From NCBI GenBank assembly GCA_963827685.1, contig CAWHBU010000003.1, forward strand, positions 896,001 to 960,000: a stretch of 64,000 bases of DNA, read 5' to 3'. The number at the start of each line of letters is the position of its first letter. The first letter of the stretch is position 1. A program made the position numbers and the translations under genes. Source of the DNA: an uncultured delta proteobacterium. GTDB taxonomy: Bacteria; Desulfobacterota; BSN033; UBA1163. Below the pieces are notes generated by a model that saw nothing but the letters and a program-made list of their open reading frames with translations, had not been told where the DNA came from and searched no databases. This document shows, piece after piece, positions 19,308 to 28,141 of this stretch.

Positions 19308-19588
19308 TCCTCAATTATGGGTTTTGATATACACCCCATTTTGCATTTTTGCCCGATAAAATCATTGGGAACGGTGTTATATTGCGTCAATATAATCTAC
19401 AAAGGAATTATTCAGATGGGCCTGGAGTATATCCCCGCTATCCGTTTGAGGTTGTAATATACACCTTTTTTAGGGTTTTGGGAAATGAATAGTCCAGCAA
19501 GAAGTCCTCTTTTTTCCAAATCCCGCCGATCAAAAAAGCCATGTTAAGGCTTTCACCTCCTACTCATCAAGTATGTTATAAGGGCATG

Positions 19589-19775
19589 ACATAATGAATG
19601 GGTAAAGCCATTCAAGAGGAAGGGGCAGGAGGACTTGATTTTCACCTGGGTCATTGAATCCTTTTTGTAGTGTGTCCCCTGCCTCCCCAAACCCTGATAG
19701 GTTGGTTGGGTCTAAAGAACCCTTGTTATGATGGAGGTTTGGTGGGGAGGCTCATCCTGCCTATTCTCTAACAAT
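19589..19775 (+). ncRNA. Putative bridge RNA of IS110 element 2 (ends approximate)
   Basis: 5' hairpin TGAATGG-GTAAAG-CCATTCA and two guide loops; target guides TTTCACCT and GTAG match the flanks. Confidence 0.75.
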
Positions 19776-19794
19776 TTAAAAAGGAGGTGTAACA

Positions 19795-20988
19795 GTGTCG
19801 ACACTTTTCGTTGGGATTGACGTTTCTAAGGATTATGCTTCAGCTCAAGGGTTAGATCGTGAAGGGAAGAAACTCTTTTATCTTGAGTTTTCAATGGATG
19901 GAGAGGGATTTTCTCGGTTTCTGGACAGGGTGAAGGCCCATTGTGGGAATCTTTCAGAGGTTACCGTGGCGATGGAATCCACGGGTTGTTACCACATCAA
20001 TCTATTTTCCTTTCTTTCTTCGGAAGGGATTCCCTGTGTGGTGATCAACCCTCTGCTGATTAGCAATTTTGCCAGGTTATCTTTAAGGAAGACCAAGACG
20101 GATAAGAAGGATGCTCTTACCATTGCTCAGTTCCTTTTGGCTCACAAAGATTCCCTTTCCAAGGTCGCGTTTTCACAGAATAGTCAGGATCTCAAGGACC
20201 TGGCCAGAGAGCGAGAATCTCTGACGGTGATGATCTCGGGGTTAAAGAATGACATCCGGAGGCTCCTCAAGATGACTTTTCCGGAGCTGGAGCATCGGTG
20301 TAAGATCTTTACGGAGACGATGCTCCACGTTCTGATCAAGTTTCCTTCGGCCAGGACCCTAACAGCGGCAAAGCCCAAAGAGATTGCCAAGGCCCTGATC
20401 CATGTCGAAGGGAAAAGGAAACGAGTATTGATCAGTGCCGAAGAGATTATTCAAATGGCCAAGGCCTCTGTGGCCACTGACAGTGCAGCCAAGGAACTAA
20501 TCCTCTCAGAGAAGATTTCCACCCTTCTTTATCTCGAAGAGAAGAGGAAAAAGATCACAGGGGTATTGGTGAAGACCTGCCAGTCGATGAGAGTGGAGGA
20601 TCTCGAGATTATCACCTCCATCGATGGGATCAAGCAGATTAACGGTTCTACTTTTTTAGCGGAGTTGGGAGAGATGAACCATTTCAAATCCCACAAGCAT
20701 GTGATTGCTTTTGCAGGGCTTGATCCCTCCATTCACCAGTCAGGTCAATATGAGGGAATCAGCAGAATATCCAAGAGAGGAAATCGTCACCTAAGACGAG
20801 TGATTTTCCTTATGACCACTTGTGTGGTAAGGAGCAATAATATTTTCAGGCAATATTTTCTTAAAAGGAAGGCAGAAGGATTACCGCCTAAAAAAGCAAT
20901 TCTTGCCACGGCTCATAAATTGCTGAGGGTCCTTTTTGCCATGCTAACAACTAAATCTTACTTTCAGAAGGAGGTGGTCGAAGTATAG
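19795..20988 (+). CDS. IS110 DEDD recombinase/transposase, intact
   Basis: GIDVSKD, MESTG, KTDKKDA, HQSG, AHKLLRV; GTG start after AAGGAGG. Confidence 0.95.
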   Translation: MSTLFVGIDVSKDYASAQGLDREGKKLFYLEFSMDGEGFSRFLDRVKAHCGNLSEVTVAMESTGCYHINLFSFLSSEGIPCVVINPLLISNFARLSLRKTKTDKKDALTIAQFLLAHKDSLSKVAFSQNSQDLKDLARERESLTVMISGLKNDIRRLLKMTFPELEHRCKIFTETMLHVLIKFPSARTLTAAKPKEIAKALIHVEGKRKRVLISAEEIIQMAKASVATDSAAKELILSEKISTLLYLEEKRKKITGVLVKTCQSMRVEDLEIITSIDGIKQINGSTFLAELGEMNHFKSHKHVIAFAGLDPSIHQSGQYEGISRISKRGNRHLRRVIFLMTTCVVRSNNIFRQYFLKRKAEGLPPKKAILATAHKLLRVLFAMLTTKSYFQKEVVEV

Positions 20989-21207
20989 TTGACTACTACT
21001 TTTCAATCCAGGATAATCCCCAAAGCCGACGATTACGGGCTGAAATCAAGTACTTCAATACAAAAGATGAAAACCATATCGAAACATTTTTACCTGCTTA
21101 AAAACAGAAGATAGATAGCAGATATTCAAACTTCTGCGATATCATAATTCATGGTCTTCTCCCGTTTGAGCCCTTACGGTGTCTAATAGGATTGAGTTAC
21201 TCCGATA

Positions 21208-21238
21208 CGGGGACGGGTTTCAAAACCCGCCCCTGTAC
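21208..21238. repeat. REP-like palindrome / terminator downstream of the groEL fragment
   Basis: GGGACGGGTTT-CA-AAACCCGCCCC. Confidence 0.55.
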
Positions 21239-21244
21239 TGCCTT

Positions 21245-21526
21245 TTAGTACTCCGGAGGCATAGGTGGGGGCGGTGTCTCCTTTTTCGGTTTCTCAGCCA
21301 CAACCGCCTCTGAGGTGATCAAAAGAGAGGCCACGCTGGCCGCATTCTGTAAGGCTAACCTCACAACCTTCGTTGGGTCGATGATCCCTGTCTCCATCAT
21401 ATTTACATACTCTTATTTATCGGCATTTAATCCGAAGGCCCCTTTCTCCTGTTTCACCTTCTCCACCGCTACGGAGCCTTCCTTCCCGGCGTTCTCAGCT
21501 ATCTGACGAATGGGTTCAAGGGCCCT
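21245..21526 (-). pseudogene. groL: 3'-terminal fragment of groEL
   Basis: [19 protein letters not shown]...[27 protein letters not shown]...PMPPEY-stop; no 5' part. Confidence 0.88.
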
Positions 21527-21643
21527 CAAGCCGCCAGCCTAAGGGTAGTTAGTTAAACGTCTATCTAATTTCGATGAAAGGATTCTCTCATCAGGCGTTC
21601 CTTTGGGGTCGGTTGACCGGATAGAGGGTTGAGGTAATGTTTT

Positions 21644-22726
21644 TCATAAAGCACGATCCATTAATGGAAGTGAAATTCCAAATGACTCACCAAGGACCGC
21701 CAACTCTTTTATCGTGGCCGGAACCAGAGGTATCCCATCTTTCAGCCGTTCTGTCTCGGTTCTCAATTCCGGTTCCCCAGGCATCAGAATCTCTGCGGCA
21801 TTCTGCGCTTTCGCGCTTTCTTTAATGCTTTTGATGTAACGGTCCATCTCTTTCTTAAAGTTTTCCCTTCCGATGAAGCAGTCTGGGTCGATGGCCATGA
21901 AGGAATGACAAGTGCCCTGAATACCCGTTTTATCCTCTTCATAGAGGCTTTTGATCTCTTTGGTCAGTTTGCCACCCGTGAGCACGGCGGTGAGCATTTC
22001 ATGGACCAGCACCATTCCATAGCCTTTATGGCCCCCCACCGGCGTCAGGGATCCCCCTCCTTCATACCCTTGATAGGGGTCGTCAGTCGGCAAGCCGTCT
22101 TTGTTAACGGCCCACCCCAGGGGAATTTTCTCCCCTTTTTTGCGGGCTAGGATGAGTTTCCCAGACGACACAACACTCAATGAAAAATCCAGAACTACAG
22201 GAGGGTATTGATCGGCGGGAATGGCATAAGCCATAGGATTATTGCCTATAATTCTCTCTCGTCCGCCCCAGGGGGACATCATGGGAGCAGAGTTGGAGAC
22301 GACGTAGCCGATGAAATCCTTCTGCAGAGCCATTATGGGGAAGAGGCCGGCCACGCCGAAGTGACCGCTGTCTTTCACCGAGACCCAACCGATGCCATAC
22401 TCTTCCGCCTTCGCGATCGCCTTCTCCATGCCCCGGTAGGCGGCGATATGTCCCATCGACCCGTGAGCTTCCAGGAAAACCGTGGGGCCTTTTTCCCTGA
22501 CGGCCGTCAGTTTGCACTCTTTGCGTACATACCCTTTCTGCAGCCTCAGGATATAAATAGGCAGGCGGGTGACGCCATGGGTTTCGATGCCCCTTAGGTC
22601 CGACCTTACCAGTAGGTCGGCTACAATCTCTGCATCGGCAGCGGGCACCCCTGCTTTCATGTAGGCCTGACAGCAGAAATCCTTAAGGTCGGCGAACAAA
22701 ACCCGCCGGACAGTATTTTTCTCCAT
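21644..22726 (-). CDS. Ldh_2 family (type II malate/L-lactate/ureidoglycolate) dehydrogenase
   Basis: DLRGIETHG, SGHFG, GNNP, GGHKGYG, PGE. Confidence 0.9.
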   Translation of the reverse strand: MEKNTVRRVLFADLKDFCCQAYMKAGVPAADAEIVADLLVRSDLRGIETHGVTRLPIYILRLQKGYVRKECKLTAVREKGPTVFLEAHGSMGHIAAYRGMEKAIAKAEEYGIGWVSVKDSGHFGVAGLFPIMALQKDFIGYVVSNSAPMMSPWGGRERIIGNNPMAYAIPADQYPPVVLDFSLSVVSSGKLILARKKGEKIPLGWAVNKDGLPTDDPYQGYEGGGSLTPVGGHKGYGMVLVHEMLTAVLTGGKLTKEIKSLYEEDKTGIQGTCHSFMAIDPDCFIGRENFKKEMDRYIKSIKESAKAQNAAEILMPGEPELRTETERLKDGIPLVPATIKELAVLGESFGISLPLMDRAL

Positions 22727-22888
22727 AACATGCCTCCTTGGAAGAAAGTGTCATTTTCTGTGTTAGGTGTCAGTCTTGGTCTTTTGCACCCACTCTCAGG
22801 GGACCTTAACGATCCCCATTCCCACCAATCCAAAATTGATGATACCTTGATGAAGACTCTCAATTTGACAGACTTTCTCCCCTGTCTA

Positions 22889-24322
22889 TCATTCAATTCC
22901 AGCCAGACGTTTAGCACATCTCTTCTTATAATCGATATCTGACTCCCTGAAGATTGTGACCCTGTGGGCCGCCGGTGAACCTCCTCCATGAATATCTGAA
23001 ATCGTATCCGCACTCTCCATGGCCATCTTTTCGATCAAACGAAGCATCTTGATCCTTTTCTCCACCGGCACTCCGGTAGCACCCTTCAAATATTTTTTCA
23101 GCAATTCTCCAATTTCGGAGTTTTCGAAATCCCTATCCGAAGGCAGATCGGCCACAAACCCACCTGTCACATCGATGAGAAGGCGGGTGACTTCAGCCAT
23201 CTCTTTCCCTTCGTGGATCTTGGAGGCATTGGCCAAGATCGGATCGATGAAATAGGTCCCCGAAGACTCTTTCTTCCCTTCATAAGAGGCTGCCAGGCTA
23301 CAACCGTAAAGGGTCTCTGCCATATGAATCATGTTGATAACCTTTTCCCTGTGTTGGCTTACTTTTGTAGTTCCGTTATACTCCATCATCAGCAGGGCTG
23401 CGCCAGTCATGACATCGATTTTCCCCGATTTACAACCGCCGTGGGATTGACGATGAAAGGCAGAAAAGCGGCTCACCACCTCTCCCGTAAATTCAACTTC
23501 TCTGAACATGAAGACTCGATCCCATGGTACCAACACCTCGTCAAAAATGAGTGTAGGACAGTATTTGCTATATCGGATATTACCGCAATCCACTCCTTCG
23601 ATCTCACGAGTGTCCATGGAATTTCTTCCCACCACATGGATGAGCCCTTCCGTATCCGAGGAAATGGCAAAAGCTAAGGCATAATCCTCATCCCCTTTCT
23701 GCATCACCCTTGTGGGAAGTACAATAATTTCGTGAGCACTCAAGGACCCTGTCTGGTGAACCTTTGCTCCCCTCACGATGATCCCTTCTTTGGTTTGTTC
23801 GACCACGCGGAGGTACATATCTTTATCGGGCTGTTCGTGAGGGCTCAGATTACGATCTCCTTTTACATCGGTCACGCTGGCATTTCCTGTCAGATCATTT
23901 TTCTGCATGTATTTCAGGAATTCCATGAACCGATCATAGTAATGGGTCCCGTATTTTTTATCGATGTCATAGGTCACAATCGAAAGGGTACAGAGGCAGT
24001 CCAAGCCCGTGCATCTCTGGTGGCATGTTCCTACATAGCCTCCCAAGATACGGTTGATCTTCACACGCATCACAAGATCTTCAATGGACTGTGGGGGCAG
24101 GGTAAATCGATTGATATGCTCTCCTGTTAAAGGAGAGATGGTGGTAATGAGATCCTTATATTTTTCGTGATTCGCCAACTCATAAGTTGCACCTGTGGCA
24201 TTAATCCCTGCGCGAATACGGGGATTATCCACCACATTCTCTATCTTCTCGCCAAACATGTAGGCCGTAGGTTTCAATCTTCTCAAACTCACCAGGTATT
24301 GTTCAAATGTCTTTAGGGCCAT
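22889..24322 (-). CDS. abfD: 4-hydroxybutyryl-CoA dehydratase family
   Basis: CHQRCTGLD and HRQSHGGCK Fe-S ligand motifs, TDVKGDR, GAKVHQTG, HGGGSP. Confidence 0.85.
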   Translation of the reverse strand: MALKTFEQYLVSLRRLKPTAYMFGEKIENVVDNPRIRAGINATGATYELANHEKYKDLITTISPLTGEHINRFTLPPQSIEDLVMRVKINRILGGYVGTCHQRCTGLDCLCTLSIVTYDIDKKYGTHYYDRFMEFLKYMQKNDLTGNASVTDVKGDRNLSPHEQPDKDMYLRVVEQTKEGIIVRGAKVHQTGSLSAHEIIVLPTRVMQKGDEDYALAFAISSDTEGLIHVVGRNSMDTREIEGVDCGNIRYSKYCPTLIFDEVLVPWDRVFMFREVEFTGEVVSRFSAFHRQSHGGCKSGKIDVMTGAALLMMEYNGTTKVSQHREKVINMIHMAETLYGCSLAASYEGKKESSGTYFIDPILANASKIHEGKEMAEVTRLLIDVTGGFVADLPSDRDFENSEIGELLKKYLKGATGVPVEKRIKMLRLIEKMAMESADTISDIHGGGSPAAHRVTIFRESDIDYKKRCAKRLAGIE

Positions 24323-24343
24323 CTTTCTCCTCCTCCAATGAAT

Positions 24344-24877
24344 CTAAACCGGAAGTTCCAAACCTCTTCGAAAAGCATTGAGATTCAGGGCTGTCACCAT
24401 CTTCGGAACACTGACTTCAATCGCCTTCTCCATCGATTCCACAGAGAGAAGACCTGTCTTTTTAATCAGGGCCCCTAAGATGATCAAGTTAGCCACAATG
24501 ATATTCCCCATCTCCTTATCTGCAATGCTCGTTGCGGGAACGGAGAGAATTTCATAATCCCCTGGCCTCGCTCCCTTCACCAGATCGGAATCAATCACCA
24601 ACAACCCTTTGGGTTTAACCTTATCGATATATTTGGGGAGCGCTTCCTCAGCCAGGGCGATCAGGATATCCGGCCTTCTTACCTGGGGATCGGAGACAGG
24701 TTTTTCAGAGATAATCACCTCTGCCCTCGCGGAGCCACCCCTTAGCTCTGAGCTGTAGGATTGGGTCTGAACAGCCTTCTTGTCTTCAAACAGAGTTGCT
24801 GCCGTGCCCAGCAGAATCCCTGATAAGACAACTCCCTGGCCACCCACTCCTCCAATGAGTATCTCTGTTCGACTCAT
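24344..24877 (-). CDS. 2-oxoacid:ferredoxin oxidoreductase gamma subunit
   Basis: GVGGQG, SYSSELRGG. Confidence 0.92.
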   Translation of the reverse strand: MSRTEILIGGVGGQGVVLSGILLGTAATLFEDKKAVQTQSYSSELRGGSARAEVIISEKPVSDPQVRRPDILIALAEEALPKYIDKVKPKGLLVIDSDLVKGARPGDYEILSVPATSIADKEMGNIIVANLIILGALIKKTGLLSVESMEKAIEVSVPKMVTALNLNAFRRGLELPV

Positions 24878-25707
24878 TCGACTCCTCCTCGGGTTTTATT
24901 CTTCATCTTCTCAACCTCCTCCAACATTTCTGGTTTCTCCATGTCGACCAACTCTCCGACCACGATCCTGTCCTTCAACTCCTCGTCTGAGAGTTTGGCT
25001 GCTTCCTTAGGTGAGATAGACCTCTGTTTATAATCCTCAAGCATCTGAACAGCACTCCCCATCCCTGTCTTTCTTCCAAACTGGATTGGGCATTGTGAAA
25101 AAACCTCAATGAAGGCAAACCCCTTCTTCTGGATGGCCTTCTTGATCGAGTTGGTTAACTGCCTCGGATGGGCCGTTGTCCAACAGGCAACGAAGGAGGC
25201 CCCTGCAGCCATGACGAGCTTCGAAATGTTAAATGTGTTTTCCACAGTACCGTAGGGTGTGGTTGTCGTCTTTATACCCATGGGCGTGGTCGGAGCCGCC
25301 TGACCCCCAGTCATTCCGTAAATCCCGTTATTAATGCAGAGGACAACCATCTCAACATTTCTTCGGGCATTCTGTATCAAGTGATTCCCACCAATGGCCA
25401 CCAAATCCCCATCCCCACTAACCACCATCACCTTCTTCTCAGGAAGGCCCATTTTAATTCCAAAGGCAAAAGCGATCGGTCTTCCGTGGGTGGTGTGAAG
25501 CACGTCTGCATTAAAAAGCGGACTGGGGATCCATGCCGCACAACCAATTCCTGAGACAAAGACAAAATCGTCCAGTTCCATATCGAGTCCGTCGATGGCA
25601 CGAAGAATCGCCTGAACAACGATTCCGTCTCCACAGCCCGGACAGAAGGTTGTATAGGTGACCGAAGGTCTTATAAAGCGGTGTAGGGGATGTACAAGCT
25701 CACTCAT
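24874..25707 (-). CDS. 2-oxoacid:ferredoxin oxidoreductase beta subunit (TPP-binding)
   Basis: FCPGCG, SGIGC, HGR, GDGD, YGMTGGQ. Confidence 0.93.
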   Translation of the reverse strand: MSELVHPLHRFIRPSVTYTTFCPGCGDGIVVQAILRAIDGLDMELDDFVFVSGIGCAAWIPSPLFNADVLHTTHGRPIAFAFGIKMGLPEKKVMVVSGDGDLVAIGGNHLIQNARRNVEMVVLCINNGIYGMTGGQAAPTTPMGIKTTTTPYGTVENTFNISKLVMAAGASFVACWTTAHPRQLTNSIKKAIQKKGFAFIEVFSQCPIQFGRKTGMGSAVQMLEDYKQRSISPKEAAKLSDEELKDRIVVGELVDMEKPEMLEEVEKMKNKTRGGVE

Positions 25708-26858
25708 TTTGCAACCTCCCGTATCATTTTTAAAATATCCTCTGGATCTTGGATCTGCCCGATCAGTCTTGGAGGAAGAAAGGAGACTTCGGCAAAATGA
25801 GCCGCCTCTGCCCTGATGTATGGGTAGACTTGGCCGAGATTATTTTCCAGGACGATGACATGTTTTGCCTTTCTGGCCATGTTTCTGATCTCTTCCCCTG
25901 GAAAAGGCCACACAGTAATCAGTCGTAGCGTCCCGACAGGGATCCCATCGTCCCTTGCCTGAAAAGCTGCTGCCGCTGCTGCGCGGGCCACAGCCCCATA
26001 AGAGACCAAGACAATCTCCGCTCCCTCATAGTCGCGTTCAACCAGGGTGATCTCTCTCATGTGCTTGAGGATCTTATTACTGAGCTTCCGGATGAAATTG
26101 TCCAGCACAGAGATATCAATTAAGTTTCGCTTTCCAAATTCATCATGGCATGAACTGGTGACGTGGGCTTTAAATCCCTTTCCAAAGATCGGCATAGGAG
26201 CTACATCCTCATCGAGAAAACCTTTAATCTTCTGGATATCGGTCCCTGGTTCAGGAATCCTTCGATACTCTGTCTGGATTTTTTCAGATTCTGGGATGAT
26301 CACTTCCTCTCTCATATGTCCAACAAAAGCGTCGGAGAGGATAAAGACCGGAGTCCGGTACCTCTCGGCATAATTGAAAGCAATAACCGTGTAATCGAAC
26401 ATCTCCTGGGGAGAGGAAGGGCAAAGGGCGATAATCTCATAATCTCCATGGGAGCCCCTTTTTGCTTGAATCATATCTCCTTGAACTCCGACGGTAGGCA
26501 TCCCTGTCGATGGAGCCCCCCTCTGGACATTGACGATGACACACGGTGTCTCCACACTTATGCCAAACCCGATGTTTTCCAGCATCAGACTGATCCCTGG
26601 ACCAGATGTGACGGTCATCGACTTCTTGCCGGCCCAAGAGGCACCAATGACCGCTGCAATCGAACTGATCTCATCCTCCATCTGGAAAAAATCACCTCCA
26701 ACCTGTGGCAACCGTTCTGCTAATCTGTTGGCCACTTCAGTGGCCGGAGTAATCGGGTAGCCTGCTGTGAACTCACATCCAGCGGCTATGGCACCCTCAG
26801 CACAGGCTACATTGCCCATCATGAAATATCTTCCTGTAAGCACCCTCTTTCCATTCAT
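25704..26858 (-). CDS. 2-oxoacid:ferredoxin oxidoreductase alpha subunit (KorA-like)
   Basis: GYPITPATE, QMEDE, TSGPG, QRGAPSTG. Confidence 0.93.
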   Translation of the reverse strand: MNGKRVLTGRYFMMGNVACAEGAIAAGCEFTAGYPITPATEVANRLAERLPQVGGDFFQMEDEISSIAAVIGASWAGKKSMTVTSGPGISLMLENIGFGISVETPCVIVNVQRGAPSTGMPTVGVQGDMIQAKRGSHGDYEIIALCPSSPQEMFDYTVIAFNYAERYRTPVFILSDAFVGHMREEVIIPESEKIQTEYRRIPEPGTDIQKIKGFLDEDVAPMPIFGKGFKAHVTSSCHDEFGKRNLIDISVLDNFIRKLSNKILKHMREITLVERDYEGAEIVLVSYGAVARAAAAAAFQARDDGIPVGTLRLITVWPFPGEEIRNMARKAKHVIVLENNLGQVYPYIRAEAAHFAEVSFLPPRLIGQIQDPEDILKMIREVAK

Positions 26859-27094
26859 TTTTTTGATCTCCTTTGCGACTTTTCTCCTGATACAACAATG
26901 GCTAAATCAGGACAGAAGATCATGCAGTTCTCGCATGCGGTACATTGATCGCCCCTCGCGACCACAGGTGGTCTGTAACCCTTCTGGTTCAACGTTTCGG
27001 AGGGCTCAAAGACCTCTTTCTGACAGACATAGAAGCATATCTTGCAATCCTCCGCACCTTTGCATAGCTCGCGATAGATCCGCAATGCGGCCAT
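26855..27094 (-). CDS. Ferredoxin-like delta subunit of the 2-oxoacid oxidoreductase
   Basis: Two 4Fe-4S Cys motifs (CKGAEDCKIC...C; CTACENCMIFCP). Confidence 0.9.
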   Translation of the reverse strand: MAALRIYRELCKGAEDCKICFYVCQKEVFEPSETLNQKGYRPPVVARGDQCTACENCMIFCPDLAIVVSGEKSQRRSKK

Positions 27095-27673
27095 CTTTTT
27101 CTCCTTTCAGTCTCTTCGGAAGTGGAGGCGAAGGAAGTCTCCGCTTTTTCCCTGAGAAGGGTTTTCCAACCTTGTACAAAGGAAATCAATCATGTATTAG
27201 AGGTATTTATTTTGACAGGATTTAAAGATCATTCAGTGAACTTCAGAATCTTTCTCAATCATGTAGTGTATCTTTTCACGAAGATAGCCCGGAAGAATGG
27301 TCTCTCCGATCTTCTTGGTGATCCTTATTGAATTAACATTTGACATATTATTTGAATTCAGCTATATTGGAGCAAATTTAATACGATTATGTATGCAATT
27401 TTTAAGAAATCCTGTCAAGCTTTTATCTCTCACAAGTATTTGTCATCGACACACAACGGTAGACTTACTATCCTCCCTCTTACAAGGGAAAGTTCTTATC
27501 GGCTATTGCCAAAATGTGCTAGACCTCGCTCAGTGGTTTCTCTATGATGGACTTCCTTCGAATCTGTTCAGCCGTGGGCTCTCTGTTGAGAGATGCCTGA
27601 AGCTCCGATGATAGAAGGTAATGGTGATTCAGCAGGAGAAAGTTTTAGAAACTCACAATGAAAGGAGGGGACT

Positions 27674-28141
27674 ATGATTTCTCTTCATGTCAATGGCAAG
27701 GTCTATCCGGTGGATGTTTCCAGCGACACGCCCTTGCTTTGGGTTCTCAGGGATTATCTGAACCTCAAGGGCACCAAGTACAGTTGCGGTATTGGGGAAT
27801 GCGGGTCCTGTACGGTCCATATTGACGGCAAGGCGGTGAGGTCCTGCACGATTACCGTTGGCGAGGCCCAGCGGAAGAAGATCACAACAATCGAAGGGCT
27901 ACCGGAGAACCATCCTGTGAAAAAGGCCTGGATCAAAGAACAGGTTGTCCAGTGCGGCTATTGCCAGCCCGGGGTGATCATGCAGGTAGCAGCTCTCCTC
28001 TCCCAGAGGCCCACTCTTGATGCAGATCAAATCATAACCAAGATGGATGATGTGATCTGCCGGTGCGGAACCTATCCGCGAATCAAACGGGGTATCAAGA
28101 CTGCCATTCAGATGACGAAAAAGGAGGTGAAGAAATCATGA
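27674..28141 (+). CDS. (2Fe-2S) small subunit, isoquinoline 1-oxidoreductase alpha type
   Basis: GTKYSCGIGECGSCTV, QCGYCQPG, CRCGTY. Confidence 0.92.
   Translation: MISLHVNGKVYPVDVSSDTPLLWVLRDYLNLKGTKYSCGIGECGSCTVHIDGKAVRSCTITVGEAQRKKITTIEGLPENHPVKKAWIKEQVVQCGYCQPGVIMQVAALLSQRPTLDADQIITKMDDVICRCGTYPRIKRGIKTAIQMTKKEVKKS

Larger units (their letters stand above)
19557..20994 (+). mobile_element. IS110-family element 2, CT core at both ends
   Basis: Left end CT-cctactcatcaagtatgttata, right end atagttga-CT. Confidence 0.9.

Noticed and set aside
21041-21065. TGAAATCAAGT downstream of element 2, resembling the reverse complement of its target-loop region
   Set aside because: Needs an indel, lies about 45 bp from the element end, and is not required once the CT-core target is reconstructed; probably chance.
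27100-27310. Possible tail of a decayed gene upstream of the OFOR operon
   Set aside because: Multiple stops and only a vague resemblance to acyl-CoA synthetase C-termini.
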